64,000 nucleotides of DNA, taken from assembly GCA_010093745.1 (NCBI GenBank), contig MU005973.1, forward strand, positions 186,001-250,000, written 5' to 3'. The position numbers and the translations under genes are program-made. The notes below the pieces were generated by a model, which was not told where the DNA came from, did no database searches, and saw only the letters and a program-made list of their open reading frames with translations. The stretch is from Piedraia hortae CBS 480.64 (taxonomy: Eukaryota). Positions 23,168 to 36,850 of the stretch are shown piece after piece; the stretch's first letter is position 1, and the number at the start of each line of letters is the position of its first letter.

Positions 23168-26100
23168 TCAACCCAGCATAGCACGAAATTCATCATTACT
23201 TTTCGGGCCGGCGTTCTCATTCGTTTGTTTCGTTCTCGTCTGGGTTCCAAGGCCTCCTCTACGGCCCTGGCCACGTCCTCCACTTCCTCCCCTGCCCACT
23301 GATTTGCCACTTTTGCCCAAAAGTTCACCAACGTCGCCTGTGCGCGTCTCCGGCCCAAGGCTCGAAACATCAACGCCCTGTCGTACGCGAAAGGCGTCTT
23401 TGGCATGTGCAAATTCAACAATTGCACCACCATTTGTCCTTCGGAGCTGGATCTTCCGAATCGTACCGTATGACTCCAGGGCTGTTCGGATACGGGCATC
23501 GTTAACTGTGTCGGATAGGTTCAGAATGGCGACTTTCCGTTCGCGGACATTTTGTGCTCCTTCGTCACCGTCACCGTCATTGCTTGTCTTGGAGTCAGAT
23601 GCCATTGATACGTCAGATACTCGTCGTCCCGCGGTTTCTGACGGTGCTTGAACGATAATATCGGCTTTCCGCGCACGGTCTTGTCCCTTGGGCCGAGATA
23701 TTTCAACGTGCAAGATACGGTCTCTAAATGGCTTGTTATTCGCCGCTATTGCCGCCTCAGCCTCATCTTTCGTCGAAAATACTATGAATCCCGTGCCGAT
23801 TCGCTTGTTGTTCACTAGTTTGACCATGTTTATCCTCTCCACTTGCCCATACTGCTCGAAGAAGGACTTGATTTCGTCTTCAGGTGCGTTGCGATCCACG
23901 TTCCTCACGTACAACTCTCGTCCTTCTGCTTGCGCCCCCGACCGGGCTTTCTTTGCTTCCGGATTGGATATCTTGGCTGTCAGTCTGTGTTGTCCGTCGA
24001 GGATCTTGTCGTCCATGGCAGCTTCCGCTTTTTGAGCGTCCTCTTCTCGAAGAAACTGCACATAACAAAAGCGACGCCGGCTGTTGTACTTGAGCGATGG
24101 CAGCCTCACACTCATTATCTGTCCATATGGCTCGAACAGACTCTTGAGTGCGGTCTCATCGTACTCAGCCGGATAGTTGGCAACGTACAGTGTGTTCCGT
24201 TGACCAGCTCGCACTCGCACTTCATGTCCTTCAATCCGCTTGCGATCGCGTGTCTTGGCTGCCAACACCTGTTCGGTGGACTCGAATTCCACTGTTGCAG
24301 ATGCAGACTTGGTATCTTTCTCTTGTCGAATGTGCACCGAACGTGGCACCCCTACATCACGGAAGAATTTCTTGATAACTAGCTCGGTGACGTTCTGTGG
24401 CAAGTTGTGGACGGTGACACAATTATGCTCTCGATCGCGCTTAGCCGGAGCCTGTTCAGGAGCATTTGCGGGCTTTTCGACCGCAGGAGATATATCCTCG
24501 TTCTTGGCTTTGATTCTGCGCCCGTCGTTGGCATGATCGGTCTCTGCCTTCCGCTTCTTCCCGCCAGACACAGTAGCTTCTGTGTCATCAGCAACAATAA
24601 CCTGTAGTCTCAAGGCCTCCTCCGATTCTTTGGTTCGTCGGACTATCATACGTCTTCGAAACTCCCTGGCATCGGCGAGCGCCATCTGCAGCTGCTCAGG
24701 TGACTCATTGTGTTGGAAGTGAGTGATATACTCGTGTAGAATACTGTCAGGATCATCGAGCTCGGGCTCTTTCAGCGCCTTCCGCAATACCTCTGTGGCT
24801 AGCCGAGGCCGGCTCAGGTCTTGCTCGACTCGTCGTGAGTCTGATAGTCGTTCATGGGACCAGAGAAGTAACTCCCACCTGAAATACGACAACCACATCG
24901 TTGCTGAGGTTCGATGAGACTTGGTTAAGTCATCAAAAATTTGGCGTGCGAGCGGAACACGGCGTGCTTCAGTATAAAATTTGATTTGGATCGTCTCTAG
25001 ACGCCAAAGAGGGTCGCCTTGGAAGTCTCGACCGTATACCTCCTCGCCTATACGCTGGATATCCTCCCGTGCCTGCAAGATCCCCATTTCGGCTGTGTCT
25101 TGGTCATACTCGGTGCTGTCAGGCCTGAATGCGTGTCGACGCAAGTAGCCACACCACTCCTGCAACACCTTCAACAACTCTTCCATTCCACCAGCATCCA
25201 AAAGCCCCGAGTTCGTCGCCCGGTGTTTAGTATGCTCAATCTCCTCATGTGATGTTTTCTGGACTTCGCAGCGGAGAATTCGACGGCTCCAAAGATCACC
25301 CGACCAGGGGCAGTGCCGCGTTGCTCGGTCGATAACTGGCAGCACGGGTTGGCCATGAACTGTGAGGAGATCGATGTAGTCGAGCCACCACTCTGCATAA
25401 GTGGGAAAACGTAGAAGAGCGCGTTCGTACTGTGCACAGCAGAGCTCAAGAGCAAATTGCCCCCGTCCAACGTACTTCCGCTCCCACGATAGGTAGGTAT
25501 CGAATGCAGCAAAGACAGCACTGGCATCACCTGACTCATCTGCCTGGCGTAATGACGACTCAAACTGCGATCGCAGCGTAATCTGCTTCTGCGCCGGCTC
25601 CGCGGCGGTCTTTGCCATGATCATCATCTGCTCCCAGTGGTCCGGAAAATGACGACTGATAAAGGACCAATACATCTGAGATGTCTCTTGCCAAGCTGCG
25701 TGCGGCTGTTGCATTCGCTTTACGAACATGTCGCGCACCTTGACAACTGCGACGCCACTTTGTTGCATCAGCTCAATGTACTGGTTCCAAAAGTTGTGGC
25801 TGCAATCCAATCGCCATTGAGTTGCAGTCATGCCTTGCTCAAGCACGACGGTTATCATCTCGCGAGTAAAAAGTTCTTGGCACATGGCGCGGTCTTCTTC
25901 TTTCCACCCTGATTGATCGGCACCTTCTACGACGTGACAAGTAGCGTAGTTGGACTGGATCCATTCAAGATACATCATCCAGAGCCGGACAGATGTAGGC
26001 TCATCTTGCACAGCTTTCTGACAGAGCTCGGTGACTGTGACCCGGTCATCGCTCGACCGAACAAGAATCATCTCATCGGCCAACCAATCAGCCCATAGGG

Positions 26101-26910
26101 CTTCACCGACAGCAAAGCGGCTGTCCATGGCTTCACGAGCCTGTCGAAGGTCATTAAGTAAGGCATAACTATGGGGTTCCGGTGCCTCATCGCCGGTGGC
26201 TTCTTGTGCACGAGTGTGAACTACAAAGCCTTTGTGCAAGATATTAATTAGTTCAACGTGGGAGCCATAGTCGTAAGACTTCTCGCGTAGATGACTGAGC
26301 AGATTGTTCACGGTCTGTGACTCTTCGCTACTCAACACATTAGATGTAAATTCCCGAGGGGGAGGCGTTTGAGCTGGTGCCTCGGCCATGGTCAGATCTG
26401 CAAGCGATTGCCCAGTACCGTTACGGCGAACAGGGGTTATCGTGGCCATTGAGCGAGACGAATTGCACGCCCCTTTGGACCTCATGGCAGGGCTGTTACG
26501 GCTGAGCCGTTGTTCGGGCCGAAGTGACGCGGTTTCTGTGTGGATAATTTAGAAAAATGGGGGTTTAACAAAGCAACAAACTGACCTGTGCAAGGTTCCG
26601 GTGTGAATGATTTGCGATTCGATTGCGTCTGCTGCTGCTCCCCGGTTTTGCCATACGTTCTCCGGACACGTGTGACGTTGCCTGAAGTTTGTCGTACGGA
26701 ACCAAGCGCTTCTTTAGGTTGCGGATCCTCTGATTTCCCGTGGTGGGGTCGCGACACCGAGGCTTCGGGTGATAGCAGAACCTCGTTGCTGAGCCCCGAC
26801 GGCGGGTGTCCGCTTGTAATAACAACAGGCGTCTGCCGTGATCCACGCGACAGCCTTCCAGATGAAGGAGGGAGTGGGTTCTCTGGCGAGAGAAGCGAGT
26901 TGATGTCCAT
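23168..26910 (-). CDS. PRP24: U4/U6 snRNP recycling factor Prp24 (SART3-type); 2 exons, intron 26536-26585
   Basis: HAT repeats (RATRHCPWSGDLW), four RRMs, C-terminal LSm-binding KSNDEFRAML; GTCAG..CAG intron joins the MDINSLL exon in frame to the 1105-aa ORF. Confidence 0.93.
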
Positions 26911-27175
26911 CCTGAGATAGATATGTATGGGAAAGTTGTTACTCTCGGCGCGGGAGCATTATACGGCTATCTATGCAAGCGACAAGATGAAGGAATGTCC
27001 CTCGCATTTGTCGAAGGGTAAAGACTCGTGTAGCGCCACAGATGTCAGTAGAACATCGCGCAGAGTCAACGAGGTTGTTGTTGGAGATGGCGGCCGCTAG
27101 CGTCTCGTCCCGGCCCGGTCCGCCACCCCCCGTACGCCCGCTCTGGACCTGGAGGTCTGAACAGCGACCAGAATA

Positions 27176-28214
27176 ATGAGTCTGGGCCTTCAGGTGAGAC
27201 GGCTTGCAAGCAATGGTATGTGTTGAGCTTCGATATGGGAGTGTTTCTAATTTTACAGGCGGCTTTCGTTCCACCCTACAGATACGCCAACGAGTGCTTC
27301 GGCAACAGGCACGATTTGCATTTTTCGGACGCGACAAGGGCGACCAAAAAGAAAACGTGTCCAATCCTGTTCTTGAGGAATATAACAGCCAGTTAGAAAG
27401 AGAAAGAGCAGAAGGCAAGTCGTCAGCAGCCGACAGTTTGAAGCCGGGCGGTCTCTCATCGTCTTCGATCTTTGAGGACGACCGGCACATCCAAAAGCAT
27501 CTTGCTGGTGACGAAGCAACTGAGTCTAAGAGCGGGACAGTCAATATAGGTGGAGTAGAGCGTGAAGTGCCTCCGATGCTTGCCATGCTGGACCCTGACC
27601 CGAACGCGCGGGAGAGATGGGAGCGAAAGAAGGTAATTGAAATGGTGCGGAAGCGTGGAAGGTTAAGTAAAGAGGAAATGATCAAGCGAACAGAACGGGA
27701 GCACGTCTCAAAAAGCCACAATTTCAAGACTTCAATTAAGAAATTGACCAAGCTGGCGCATCAAATAGCCGGAAAGACACTGGATGAGGCAATCACGCAG
27801 ATGCGTTTCAGCAAGAAGGGCGTTGCAGAGGATGTTCTCAAACAGCTTGAGTTTGCCCGTGACGAGGCGATTGTGAGGCGAGGCCTGGGCCTCGGGGATG
27901 ATCAGGAACCGACCCAGATTCAACTCAAGAATGGCCGCAAACACATCATAAAGAATTCCAGCCAGATCTACATAGACCAAGCCTGGGTGGGAAGGGGACC
28001 GTACGGAAAACTTCCAGACTATCGAGCACGAGGTCGATTATTTATCATGCGTACGCCGTGGACACATTTGACTGTGGTTCTGAAAGAGGAAGCCACGAGG
28101 ATACGGGAGCATGCTGAAAGGGAAGGAAGGAGGCGGATGAAGCTCTTTCGCAAAGCATCGACACAGCTTCCAGATCGGCCGGTGGTGTGGCAGCGGCCTT
28201 GGTATACCTTCTAA
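27176..28214 (+). CDS. MRPL22: Mitochondrial ribosomal protein uL22; intron 27216-27258
   Basis: KTSIKKLTKLAHQIAGKTLDEAITQMRFSKK, IYIDQAWVGRG, YRARGR; GTATGT..CTAA..CAG intron. Confidence 0.93.
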
Positions 28215-30481
28215 TGTATTTTTAGCCTGTACTAGGCTTCCACCCAAAGTACTTCAGCGTCGATGGCTGGAAGGCACTTTTTCTTTTGACAATCTGAGGG
28301 GCCATAACATGTCGTTGTCTGGTCTCCTGGTCGCCTTGCCGCATCGGCCCGTACTTTTTAACAAGGCTTGGCAAGGCCACAGAACTCCATCGGTAAGGTA
28401 GATGAAAATTTAAATTTTTCTTAGCATCAGTGTGGAAGCATACAGTGGTCGGGGACCATCCATCACGGTGACTCCTTCTACCATTTGTGTCGACACTCAT
28501 CAAGCACAGTGCAGTAAGCATGCAATGTTCAATCGATTTTGGATGTAGGAGATTGATCTGGCAAGACTTCTGTCTGCTACATCAACCATTGTAATTAGTG
28601 GTGCGTGGAGGCCGAACCGAGAATGCTGACAGTTCGGTATTGAGGGGATTTCGATGTGTCCTTTACCCGCCGAGTCCGGTTTTTAGTGTCGTTATTTGGA
28701 TCCGCAGGTCATCCATGGCCCACTTCACTCACGTAGAGCGCGGTTGTTGTCGCACCGCGAGAGATGAACTCTCCCAGTGCCTACGTCACAGACTATGCAT
28801 CGTCATGCATTCTCTTGTACAGCATCAGACTCCCTCTTCATCATTGGAGAGCACCCGATACAGATACCTATCGAATGTTGAGTAGGTATCCTACACCATC
28901 TTGTGAAGGAACTCGTTGCTATGAGCACGTGAGCATATTTGCTGAACTTTCCAGGGCTTTGCCATCTCAACGTCACAAAACATGGTCACATTTTGATCCT
29001 TACTCCCACTCTCTGTGTCCATCTTGCACATGATGCTATGCTACAACCACATCTAAAAAAGAACTGCCAAATCGTCCTACGAATGACCTAGACGCTGTTT
29101 TGTTTGCCGCCATATCCTGTTTCGGGCCAACCATGGTTAGCTCATCTGCTTCACCAGGCGCGCGCGTACCGCTATCAGCCGCCCCTTTAAGGAGCCCATG
29201 AGTACACAGTAGGCACTCGTGCAATCCACAGCTTTCATACGCGACAATATTTTGCTCGAGCCTGGGTCCGTGACTCACTCCCAGCGGTTGCCTTTACACT
29301 CTCCTCTTTTGGAAACCTCAGCTTAATATCATATCGCGAACGGAGCGTTCTCCTGATTTATGATGCTTCTATTTTAATGCGGTGAACGTGACTCTTATCC
29401 GTCAGGAGTCACAATACTTCGGAGACATACTCGGGGTGTACCTCCGACTCATGATCTTATGCGCTGTGGGCTGATATTAAGTCGCAGTGATCGTTGCGTT
29501 CTCGTGGCTGCTTTGTGTGGGATCTCAACATGCTGGGTTCCGTGACAACGGCATATGACGATGCAAGTAACGTCTTCCTATTCTACATTTGGCAGCTCCT
29601 GATGAAAGGGATCATGTCCTATGACTTTTCACATGAATAATCTTGGACGGCAGGGCTTGATCGACCTTTGATACTCTTAAATGTATGACCATCTTGCATG
29701 ATTACGGAAAAGAAAATTACTTGCGTGGAAGGAGGTTCGTGCCCTCGACATTGATTCGCTGTGCGGTGAGGGTCATTAGATTGTGTATCTCACCATCTGT
29801 CATTCGCATGAGCGATGCAGACTAGCAGTATAATTACACTGTCGACTGCGTTTGACGGTAGCTACTAGAAAGGGCATAGTATGCCCCAAGACATAGCGCA
29901 CAGTCATCAGCTCGTTAGTTTTAAGGGCTTGCAGTGAGTTATCCCACCTTCACTTACGCCGAGGTGGTAACCTGCTGTCACTTAGAATCAGTGCAGACCG
30001 CGTACCGCATGCTGCAATGTGGCATTGTAAAAAGAAGTAAATACCTTATTTATGCGGGTGGTCAGTCAACTGATATCTCGCTTTGGCGGCATTGCGTGCC
30101 GCTGCCCTACGGCATGGACAAGGGTTCCATCGACAATCGGAACATACCAAGGTATGGGCCTCATTATCAGAGCTGTCAGCATGACTTCGTCACAGCAAAA
30201 CCAGGTTCCACTATAGCTGAGGCCTATGTACAGTAGCCTTACATTGAGGTTGGCATCAAACCCAAGTTACCGTGTCTTGTCGGTGCCAGGTATCATGCTA
30301 TCATAGATATCAATCAGTGAATATCATATCCGGTGAGGATTAAGACGAGGTTCAGTTAACCACCTTCATATGAGGTAGATCTATCAGGCTGGATGACTAC
30401 CGGTTATTTCACAAAGTTGGATCCTGCATAAGCCAGCTTATGCGTTGTCATATTAAAGTTGTTTCAAATGCTGACGCACCT

Positions 30482-30511
30482 ATGAGTCATCGATGGCGTC
30501 GTATGAGTCAC
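30482..30511. promoter_or_regulatory. Paired Gcn4/CpcA (AP-1-type) sites
   Basis: ATGAGTCAT (30482-30490) and ATGAGTCAC (30503-30511), 110-140 bp upstream of the ORF at 30623. Confidence 0.55.
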
Positions 30512-30622
30512 TCCTTCCATTCCGACTTCATAAACGATTACTTCCTGCAGCTAGTGCATCGAGAACTTAAATCGCGTTCAGACCCAACCAAGCCTTAACA
30601 ACCACTACAGCTTTAGGTAGAA

Positions 30623-31060
30623 ATGCAGCAATACCCGCCCTTATCGCCAACAGTACCTACAATCTGGACCAAAGGTGAAACTCCAGAGGACCAAGCCAAT
30701 ATTTCTGTACCGACCCAGAGAGGTACAGTTAACCCTACCAATGGATCGCCCAATCAAGGACCATATTTCCAGGCTATGCTAAAGAAATTCAGCGATTCAA
30801 ACTTACCGGAAAAGCAGCGATCGATCTACGGGAGATTTCTAGTGGAATACTTCATTGCCAAGTGCAAGGAAATCGTGGAGCTAAAGGCGGAGATCGCTGA
30901 AATAAAGGCCGAGCTGGACCGGGACGATGAATTGGACGACGAGGATGATGATGATGATGATGATGATGAAGACTGCTCTGACTCCGATTCGGAAGACCGC
31001 GAAGATGATGAATCATTTTATCAAAGGAGGAGGGGATCTGATGTTGGAATGAAAGATTGA
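30623..31060 (+). CDS. Orphan 145-aa protein with coiled coil and poly-Asp tail
   Basis: ATG-started ORF with heptads (IVELKAEIAEIKAELD) and an in-frame (GAT)n acidic tract; the most convincing ORF in a gene-poor 5.5-kb region. Confidence 0.6.
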   Translation: MQQYPPLSPTVPTIWTKGETPEDQANISVPTQRGTVNPTNGSPNQGPYFQAMLKKFSDSNLPEKQRSIYGRFLVEYFIAKCKEIVELKAEIAEIKAELDRDDELDDEDDDDDDDDEDCSDSDSEDREDDESFYQRRRGSDVGMKD

Positions 31061-32332
31061 AATATGGCCTTGTTCACGTATGCCAAGCTGCCCCAAAGCT
31101 CAAGAAGACTTCCTCTGATCTTTGGCAGTAGCTGGTCTGGAATCATGGGATTCAATAAATTGATGACAAACATGATGAAAATGAGATTGTCCACGGTAAA
31201 GGTTTTTGCATATGTCGATGCATCGTGCCGCAATTACAGCATGTTGCATTTGCGTGTAAGGGTCGGAGAATTGGTGACGTAAGAGCCGAAAATCGGCACC
31301 ACTAGTGGTACCATTTGAGGTTATCGGTTCCGCCACTGTACCACAGAAGCTATTTTCAGCTGCAAGCCCCGTTTAGTCCAATAAGAAGTTTCGGGTATTT
31401 GGTTACAGAGCATGGCTTTGAAACTGTCAACCAGTCAAGTATAGATTGGCACATGGCACTCCGTCCCTTGTGATGAGAAGCGGAGTAGTCAGATGCAAGG
31501 CTAGCTCATGGATTTCTAAGCAGTGATCAGGCAAAAAGGAATACAATTAGCCTGTTGGACTGAATAACACCGAAGGCTCGCGAAGGTAGTTGCCACAAGG
31601 CTGGTAGGTTCATGACGAGTTTCTACATAGGTATGCCACATCCTACTCTTCCCAGCCTTTGAGATCATCCAGTTAAAGGGGACGAACTGATAGTGTGAGT
31701 ACACTAAGACATGAATAACGGTATTGTTGTGTGTGCTGCATACATAAAGGACGTTGTACATGGTCATCACGTGACACATCCTTCAACTCATCCTGCACGT
31801 GTCATCGCATTGTACTGCTAAGGCTATGAGCTAATGCCGTCATGAGCATAAATGGCTGGGTCCATGCTGACCACCTCCCTTTTCGGGTAGGTACTCCGGT
31901 AGACCCAACTTTGCGTCCCCTTGGGGTGAAGGTGGTGGTGATTCAAGGCAGGTCAATCCAGCCAAGTTCTAGGGCTGTGCGTAGCAGTCAATGGACCATT
32001 CTGAAAGCTGGAATCATTGCCTACAACCTCGTTCTGAGGACAAGCTACATGCAGTGGAGCAACCGGTGATCAAACGAGCAGCCATCGACTCCGTCATTGG
32101 TAAATCAACAAAAGCCCCACAACGGTTGATTTTGTAGTGATATCCGTGCGGAACTTTTATGAAAACCATAATCCAACCGCACACTGCCCAAATTTCGTCC
32201 AACCGACCTTTTTCTCACAATATATTCATCACCGTGACGCAATCTTTGGTACCATGAAAAATTTACTTCCTACCCAGTGCCATGTGAATAAGTAGGCATT
32301 TCCCAGTCTGCAGTCCATTTGCATACCACCCA

Positions 32333-32506
32333 CAGTCAACCCTGGTTATAGGGGGTTGGTCTGGCGCGGAATTTCTGTCCGCTATGTCAAGGATCCGCTG
32401 TATCCAGGTACCTACAGAAGAGGGGAGACAAAACTTCGGGTGATGGGAAATCCGCTATAAAGAGGAATCCGCTATGTCCAGTATCCTCTATATCCAATTT
32501 TGACTG
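32333..32506. mobile_element. 174-bp MITE, Tc1/mariner-pogo-like
   Basis: Imperfect TIRs CAGTCAAccctGGtTATAGgGG and (reverse complement of right end) CAGTCAAaattGGaTATAGaGG; right flank TA, left flank CA; five internal TCCGCTAT-like repeats; no ORF. Confidence 0.75.
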
Positions 32507-33762
32507 TATTTGCTCACCCCAAAACTTCTATTCCCAATAGCAACACAAACTTTTAACCCAGCATGATCAGAAGCCGGCTCACCATCCCCTGTTACTAGTA
32601 TTCATTACAATAACACTTTAGCCCACCAACATACCCACCTGATTCAACCCTTGCCCAGGAATCATCCTTCGTTCGCAATTCATAACCGGAAACAACCCTC
32701 CCTCGTGAAAACCGCAACGCCAACAAGCTACGAGAAATATTTCCACCGCCACGGATCTCCTGTCAAACGTACCAAACATTCCTTCAGTTGGGCTTGGCGG
32801 CAACTCATAGTCGTATCCGAGAAGTGGAGCATGGATCGAGCCATTCGGAACGGGACACGGGCTGGTTTGTAAGACAATAGGAAAATAAATAGCATAATGA
32901 TGATTTATGCCTGGGTAACCTATCTCCAGCTGATGGCGTTATTGAGCTTGCCTATTCTATGCAGAAACTCTGCGTTCTGACTGATCCTACACAAACCTCG
33001 CCAGGAGAACATATCCCGCCTAAATGCAACAAAACCCCTACTTGGGTAATAGAAACTTGCTACCCAATACTAGCAAGACAAGGCAGTGCTGATCTGCCTA
33101 CTCCTCAGCATACCCAACGAACGACCAACCCTCTCTAGCGATGGCATAGCCAATGTCATATAACCACCCATCCCCGCATGCACAGCCTACATGAGCCATG
33201 GCACCCTGAAAACCGGGATCGCTGGATGACGACACCGTAATCAGTCTACAAGCCCTAGCCTCACGCTCCTCGAAAAGGTTACTCTAGAAGATCCAACCAG
33301 AAGGGTCGCGACCCGAGCCTGCATGCCAAAGTCTCGCGGCATGACGCGGCACAAGTGGTGAGTAGTGACAAGGGCTCGTATGATACACGCGTCTGTGGCA
33401 AGGGTGACGTGGACGGTAATGCTGGTTCATCCACAACGGCCGTAATGCGTCGAGGCTGGTTGCTGAATGATCGTAAGGCCTCGCAAGGTTTCAGGTACCA
33501 GCGGACCGAGACCGATGTCTTCTCGATGGGTCCGAGCTGTTGCTCTGAAACCCCAGCAATAGATCTCCGCAAATCTTTTCTTCAGGGCACACAATCCATT
33601 TTTGAGAACCGGACGAGTTTTGAGGCAGGGTCGTGGCGGAATATTTCGAGCAGAATCTGACCGCAAGACAATTGCGTAAATCCACACCGAAGAACTACAG
33701 AGCTATGGACGCCTAATGGTATTCTCGGTTACTGTCAGTTTATATCGCCGCCTCAAAGAGCT

Positions 33763-33806
33763 ATCTCCCTCCCTCTCCCTCTCCCTCCCTCTCTCTCTCT
33801 CTCTCT
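33763..33806. repeat. Polypyrimidine (CT/CCCT) microsatellite
   Basis: tatctccctccctctccctctccctccctctctctctctctctct. Confidence 0.9.
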
Positions 33807-34120
33807 TGGTCTGGGGGTAGATGGCAACAAGGTGAAGTATAGCTATGCAGATGCCTCCTCCAACTCATCATCTTTGCGTTATATACATGTTCACTTGGAT
33901 ATGCTTGATTCTAAACCCACTCATCTCAATAGACTCGTCTCGACAGTTTACAATATGGAATCGGAGATGAATGAAAAGGTGTAGACCCATCTTTGACCTT
34001 GACTGTTTACAAATCCCATGCAACCCCATTCCCATGAACCAAACTCGGAAGAACAACGAAAACATGACAAGAGTACAGTTCCTCCAAATTACATCCTCGT
34101 CTGCAAGACAAGTAGTTCGT

Positions 34121-36850
34121 CTATCTCCTTGCAAAGCAACACAACAAACCGCTCTTGCCCAGGAACCAGAGACAGCCCAGGAAACGGACAAAAGACAGCG
34201 CGGCCGTGGCCCAGAGCAACGCACGGAAGAAGTTGGCTGTGCGGTCCGTTGCGCCGCTACTGAAGCCAAACTTATCTAGACTCTCCGATGTGATGGCGAC
34301 TGCAAGAAGAGCGTTGGAGAAGATCCAAAATGTTACGAGACGCGTGCGGAAAGACTTGTACGAGTCTTCTAGCGTCTTCTTGGTCTCCTCCTTGGGTGGA
34401 ACAAACGGCGTTAGGGCGCGCTTGACCGTCTGTTCAAACTGCGAGTCAATGTCGGCTTGCGGCAAGTCGATTTCCTCAATGACGGCGCCTTTGCCGTCCG
34501 ATGCCTTTTGCGTCTGCACAGATGGCAGCGCATCTGCCTTGTCAGAACCCTTGGTACCCCATGAAACATCGTGCCAGTTGCTGAAGGCGTAGACCATCAG
34601 GATGTTGATGTAGCTTGTCATGATGATCAGATATTGCGGGAAGCTGGTAAACATGTGCCACGGGTCCAAGTACATGAAGCTGGCAATGAAGTAGAGACCA
34701 AAAGTTGCACCCAAGGCGATGATAATGATACCAGGTCCAGAGGATGAGAAGAAGCTTTGCAGAAACTTGCTCATACCATCGTTGAAATCAATATCTGTCC
34801 CGGTTTTGGAGGTAAAGGCGTGTACAACAAGGTACATGGACAAGATGATGATGTAGAGTTGAATGACGCCGAAGACGCAAAAGGAGACGAGATAGCTCCA
34901 TCGCGAACCTTTGGGCCGGTTACCAAGGGCCAGGATAAACTGAAGCAGCAAAAAGGCGAGATAGAGGTATTTGAGGATCGTGTTCACCTGCGGAGTAACA
35001 TGGTTGCCAAAGGGAAAGGCATGGTTGTTATTACTGGGCCCGGCCGTGCCCACGAGATCCATGATTACAACCGTTGTGAGGTAGTAGGAAGCTGCAGAGT
35101 TAGCCCATCGGTTACTGCAAAAACTTATCGACTGAAACTTACCCAGTGAGAACCAGGAAAGAACGACAGAGGCAATGTTGTATATCAGCTGCAAATGGAA
35201 GAAAAACATGCGGATGATGTTGTGACCCGAACGGTACATGCGGGCAAAGTGCATGAGCGAGTATAGGGTCGCAGCAAAAGAACCATTCAGCCATCGACGA
35301 CGTTGACCGATGAACTCAGCGGCGCCCTCAGGTACATCGGTCTCACCCTTGGAGGCCTTGACGTAGGTCAAATGCCACTTGCTGCCCGCCTTTGCGACGA
35401 GTTCGAAGCACAGAATACGATCCTCGGCCAAAAACATGTTCTTCTTGAAGATGTTCATGCCCTCAATACCCTTGGGACCAAGCTGCTTGGAAAGCGTGTG
35501 GTCACCGTGGAAGTATTGCTCCAACGGCCGGCCCATAATGGCACGGAAGCGGTAGGCGGAGAAGGCACCAGGCAGCACCGAGACATAGCCAAACGACGAC
35601 TCGAGCGGTTTATCAAGAATATTTGAGATCTTGTACTCAAAATTCTGCACGGCGACCAGCGGATTCAGCAGATTGCGCCAGCCCTTGCCCAGTAGCGCGT
35701 GGATCTCACCACAAGCGCCGCCCAGGTCCTTGTCGTTGTAAAAGGCCTCCCAGAGCGCCAGCAGAGCCTTGTGACCGGGCTTGGTGCCGGCGTCGAGCAA
35801 GATACAAACCTCGGGATTGAGGATGCGGCCAAAAGCAGTGAAGAGCCAGCGGTGGGAGTTGATCTTCTTGCTGTTCTTCTGCTTCAGACAAAACATCATC
35901 TGCACGGGCGGAATAGTAGAAGGACTGTCATCCATGGGGCGAATAAGCTGCTGGTTGGGCGTGACTGACAGCTGTGTTGTGTACTCGAAGATGTGGGCAA
36001 CCGTCTCCTTGCCATCAATGTCCTTCTTCATGATGCCGTCTTGGTAGATACCAATCGTGGCCAGCACGTCCAGTGTGCCCTTGTCACACGGATCGATGCC
36101 GTCAAAGACGAGACAGACAACGATCTTCTGCCACGCCGGTCCGCCCTTGTTCCAGAACTCCGACTTTTTGAGGTTCACAATGTCGCGCACATTCTGCATC
36201 ACACCGTGCAGTGTTCGCGCTGTCAGCATCTTGTCCTCGTTGTAGTAGGTGATGGCAATCAGCAGTTCTGTATGGCGGTTGTTCATGGCCGGCCTCAGGT
36301 TGTAGCCATTCTTGAGGGTAAAATCGTTGGGGTCGCAGGTCGCGGCCGTGTAGCGCAGATGGGTAAACTCCTCGCTGCCGCTCTCCAAGTCGTTGCGGTA
36401 CTTGGCTTGCACCGCGTTTTGGATCGCCGACGGCACTGGGTAGTCGGCGCTGAGCACCGCGCCCTGCACCAGCTTCAGCTTACGCGTGGCATTGCGCTTG
36501 AGGCCGCCGCCCTGTGCGGCAGGCCCGCCAGGAGCTTGCCGCTGCCGCCAGGCCTCGGTGCTGCCGGTCTCGCTGCGCGAGTATGGGCTGGCTACGCGTC
36601 CGGGCACGTCGTAGCCGTCTTGAGATGCATAAGACTCTTGCAGCGAGTAGCCCGTGGTCTCGTTGGCCGGCGTCGCCCCGCGGCTGGGCGACTCGTCGAA
36701 CGGGCCATGAAAAGGCCCCGTCGGGTTCAGCAGCGAACGCTGTGATTCCTCCTCGTCGCTGTCGTGCGTCGGCACCGGGTGATGGTAGGCATTGCCGCGT
36801 GGCAGGTCGTGCAGCGAGTGTCCATCATCGAAGCCCCGCTGGTAAGCCAT
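34121..36850 (-). CDS. Chitin synthase, class III (ChsB/ChsG-type); one 51-nt intron 35092-35142
   Basis: [85 protein letters not shown] intron read through in frame. Confidence 0.97.
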   Translation of the reverse strand: MAYQRGFDDGHSLHDLPRGNAYHHPVPTHDSDEEESQRSLLNPTGPFHGPFDESPSRGATPANETTGYSLQESYASQDGYDVPGRVASPYSRSETGSTEAWRQRQAPGGPAAQGGGLKRNATRKLKLVQGAVLSADYPVPSAIQNAVQAKYRNDLESGSEEFTHLRYTAATCDPNDFTLKNGYNLRPAMNNRHTELLIAITYYNEDKMLTARTLHGVMQNVRDIVNLKKSEFWNKGGPAWQKIVVCLVFDGIDPCDKGTLDVLATIGIYQDGIMKKDIDGKETVAHIFEYTTQLSVTPNQQLIRPMDDSPSTIPPVQMMFCLKQKNSKKINSHRWLFTAFGRILNPEVCILLDAGTKPGHKALLALWEAFYNDKDLGGACGEIHALLGKGWRNLLNPLVAVQNFEYKISNILDKPLESSFGYVSVLPGAFSAYRFRAIMGRPLEQYFHGDHTLSKQLGPKGIEGMNIFKKNMFLAEDRILCFELVAKAGSKWHLTYVKASKGETDVPEGAAEFIGQRRRWLNGSFAATLYSLMHFARMYRSGHNIIRMFFFHLQLIYNIASVVLSWFSLGKFQSISFCSNRWANSAASYYLTTVVIMDLVGTAGPSNNNHAFPFGNHVTPQVNTILKYLYLAFLLLQFILALGNRPKGSRWSYLVSFCVFGVIQLYIIILSMYLVVHAFTSKTGTDIDFNDGMSKFLQSFFSSSGPGIIIIALGATFGLYFIASFMYLDPWHMFTSFPQYLIIMTSYINILMVYAFSNWHDVSWGTKGSDKADALPSVQTQKASDGKGAVIEEIDLPQADIDSQFEQTVKRALTPFVPPKEETKKTLEDSYKSFRTRLVTFWIFSNALLAVAITSESLDKFGFSSGATDRTANFFRALLWATAALSFVRFLGCLWFLGKSGLLCCFARR

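Noticed and set aside
26482..26910. Separate 142-aa gene
   Set aside because: It is exon 1 of PRP24; the intron 26536-26585 splices in frame.
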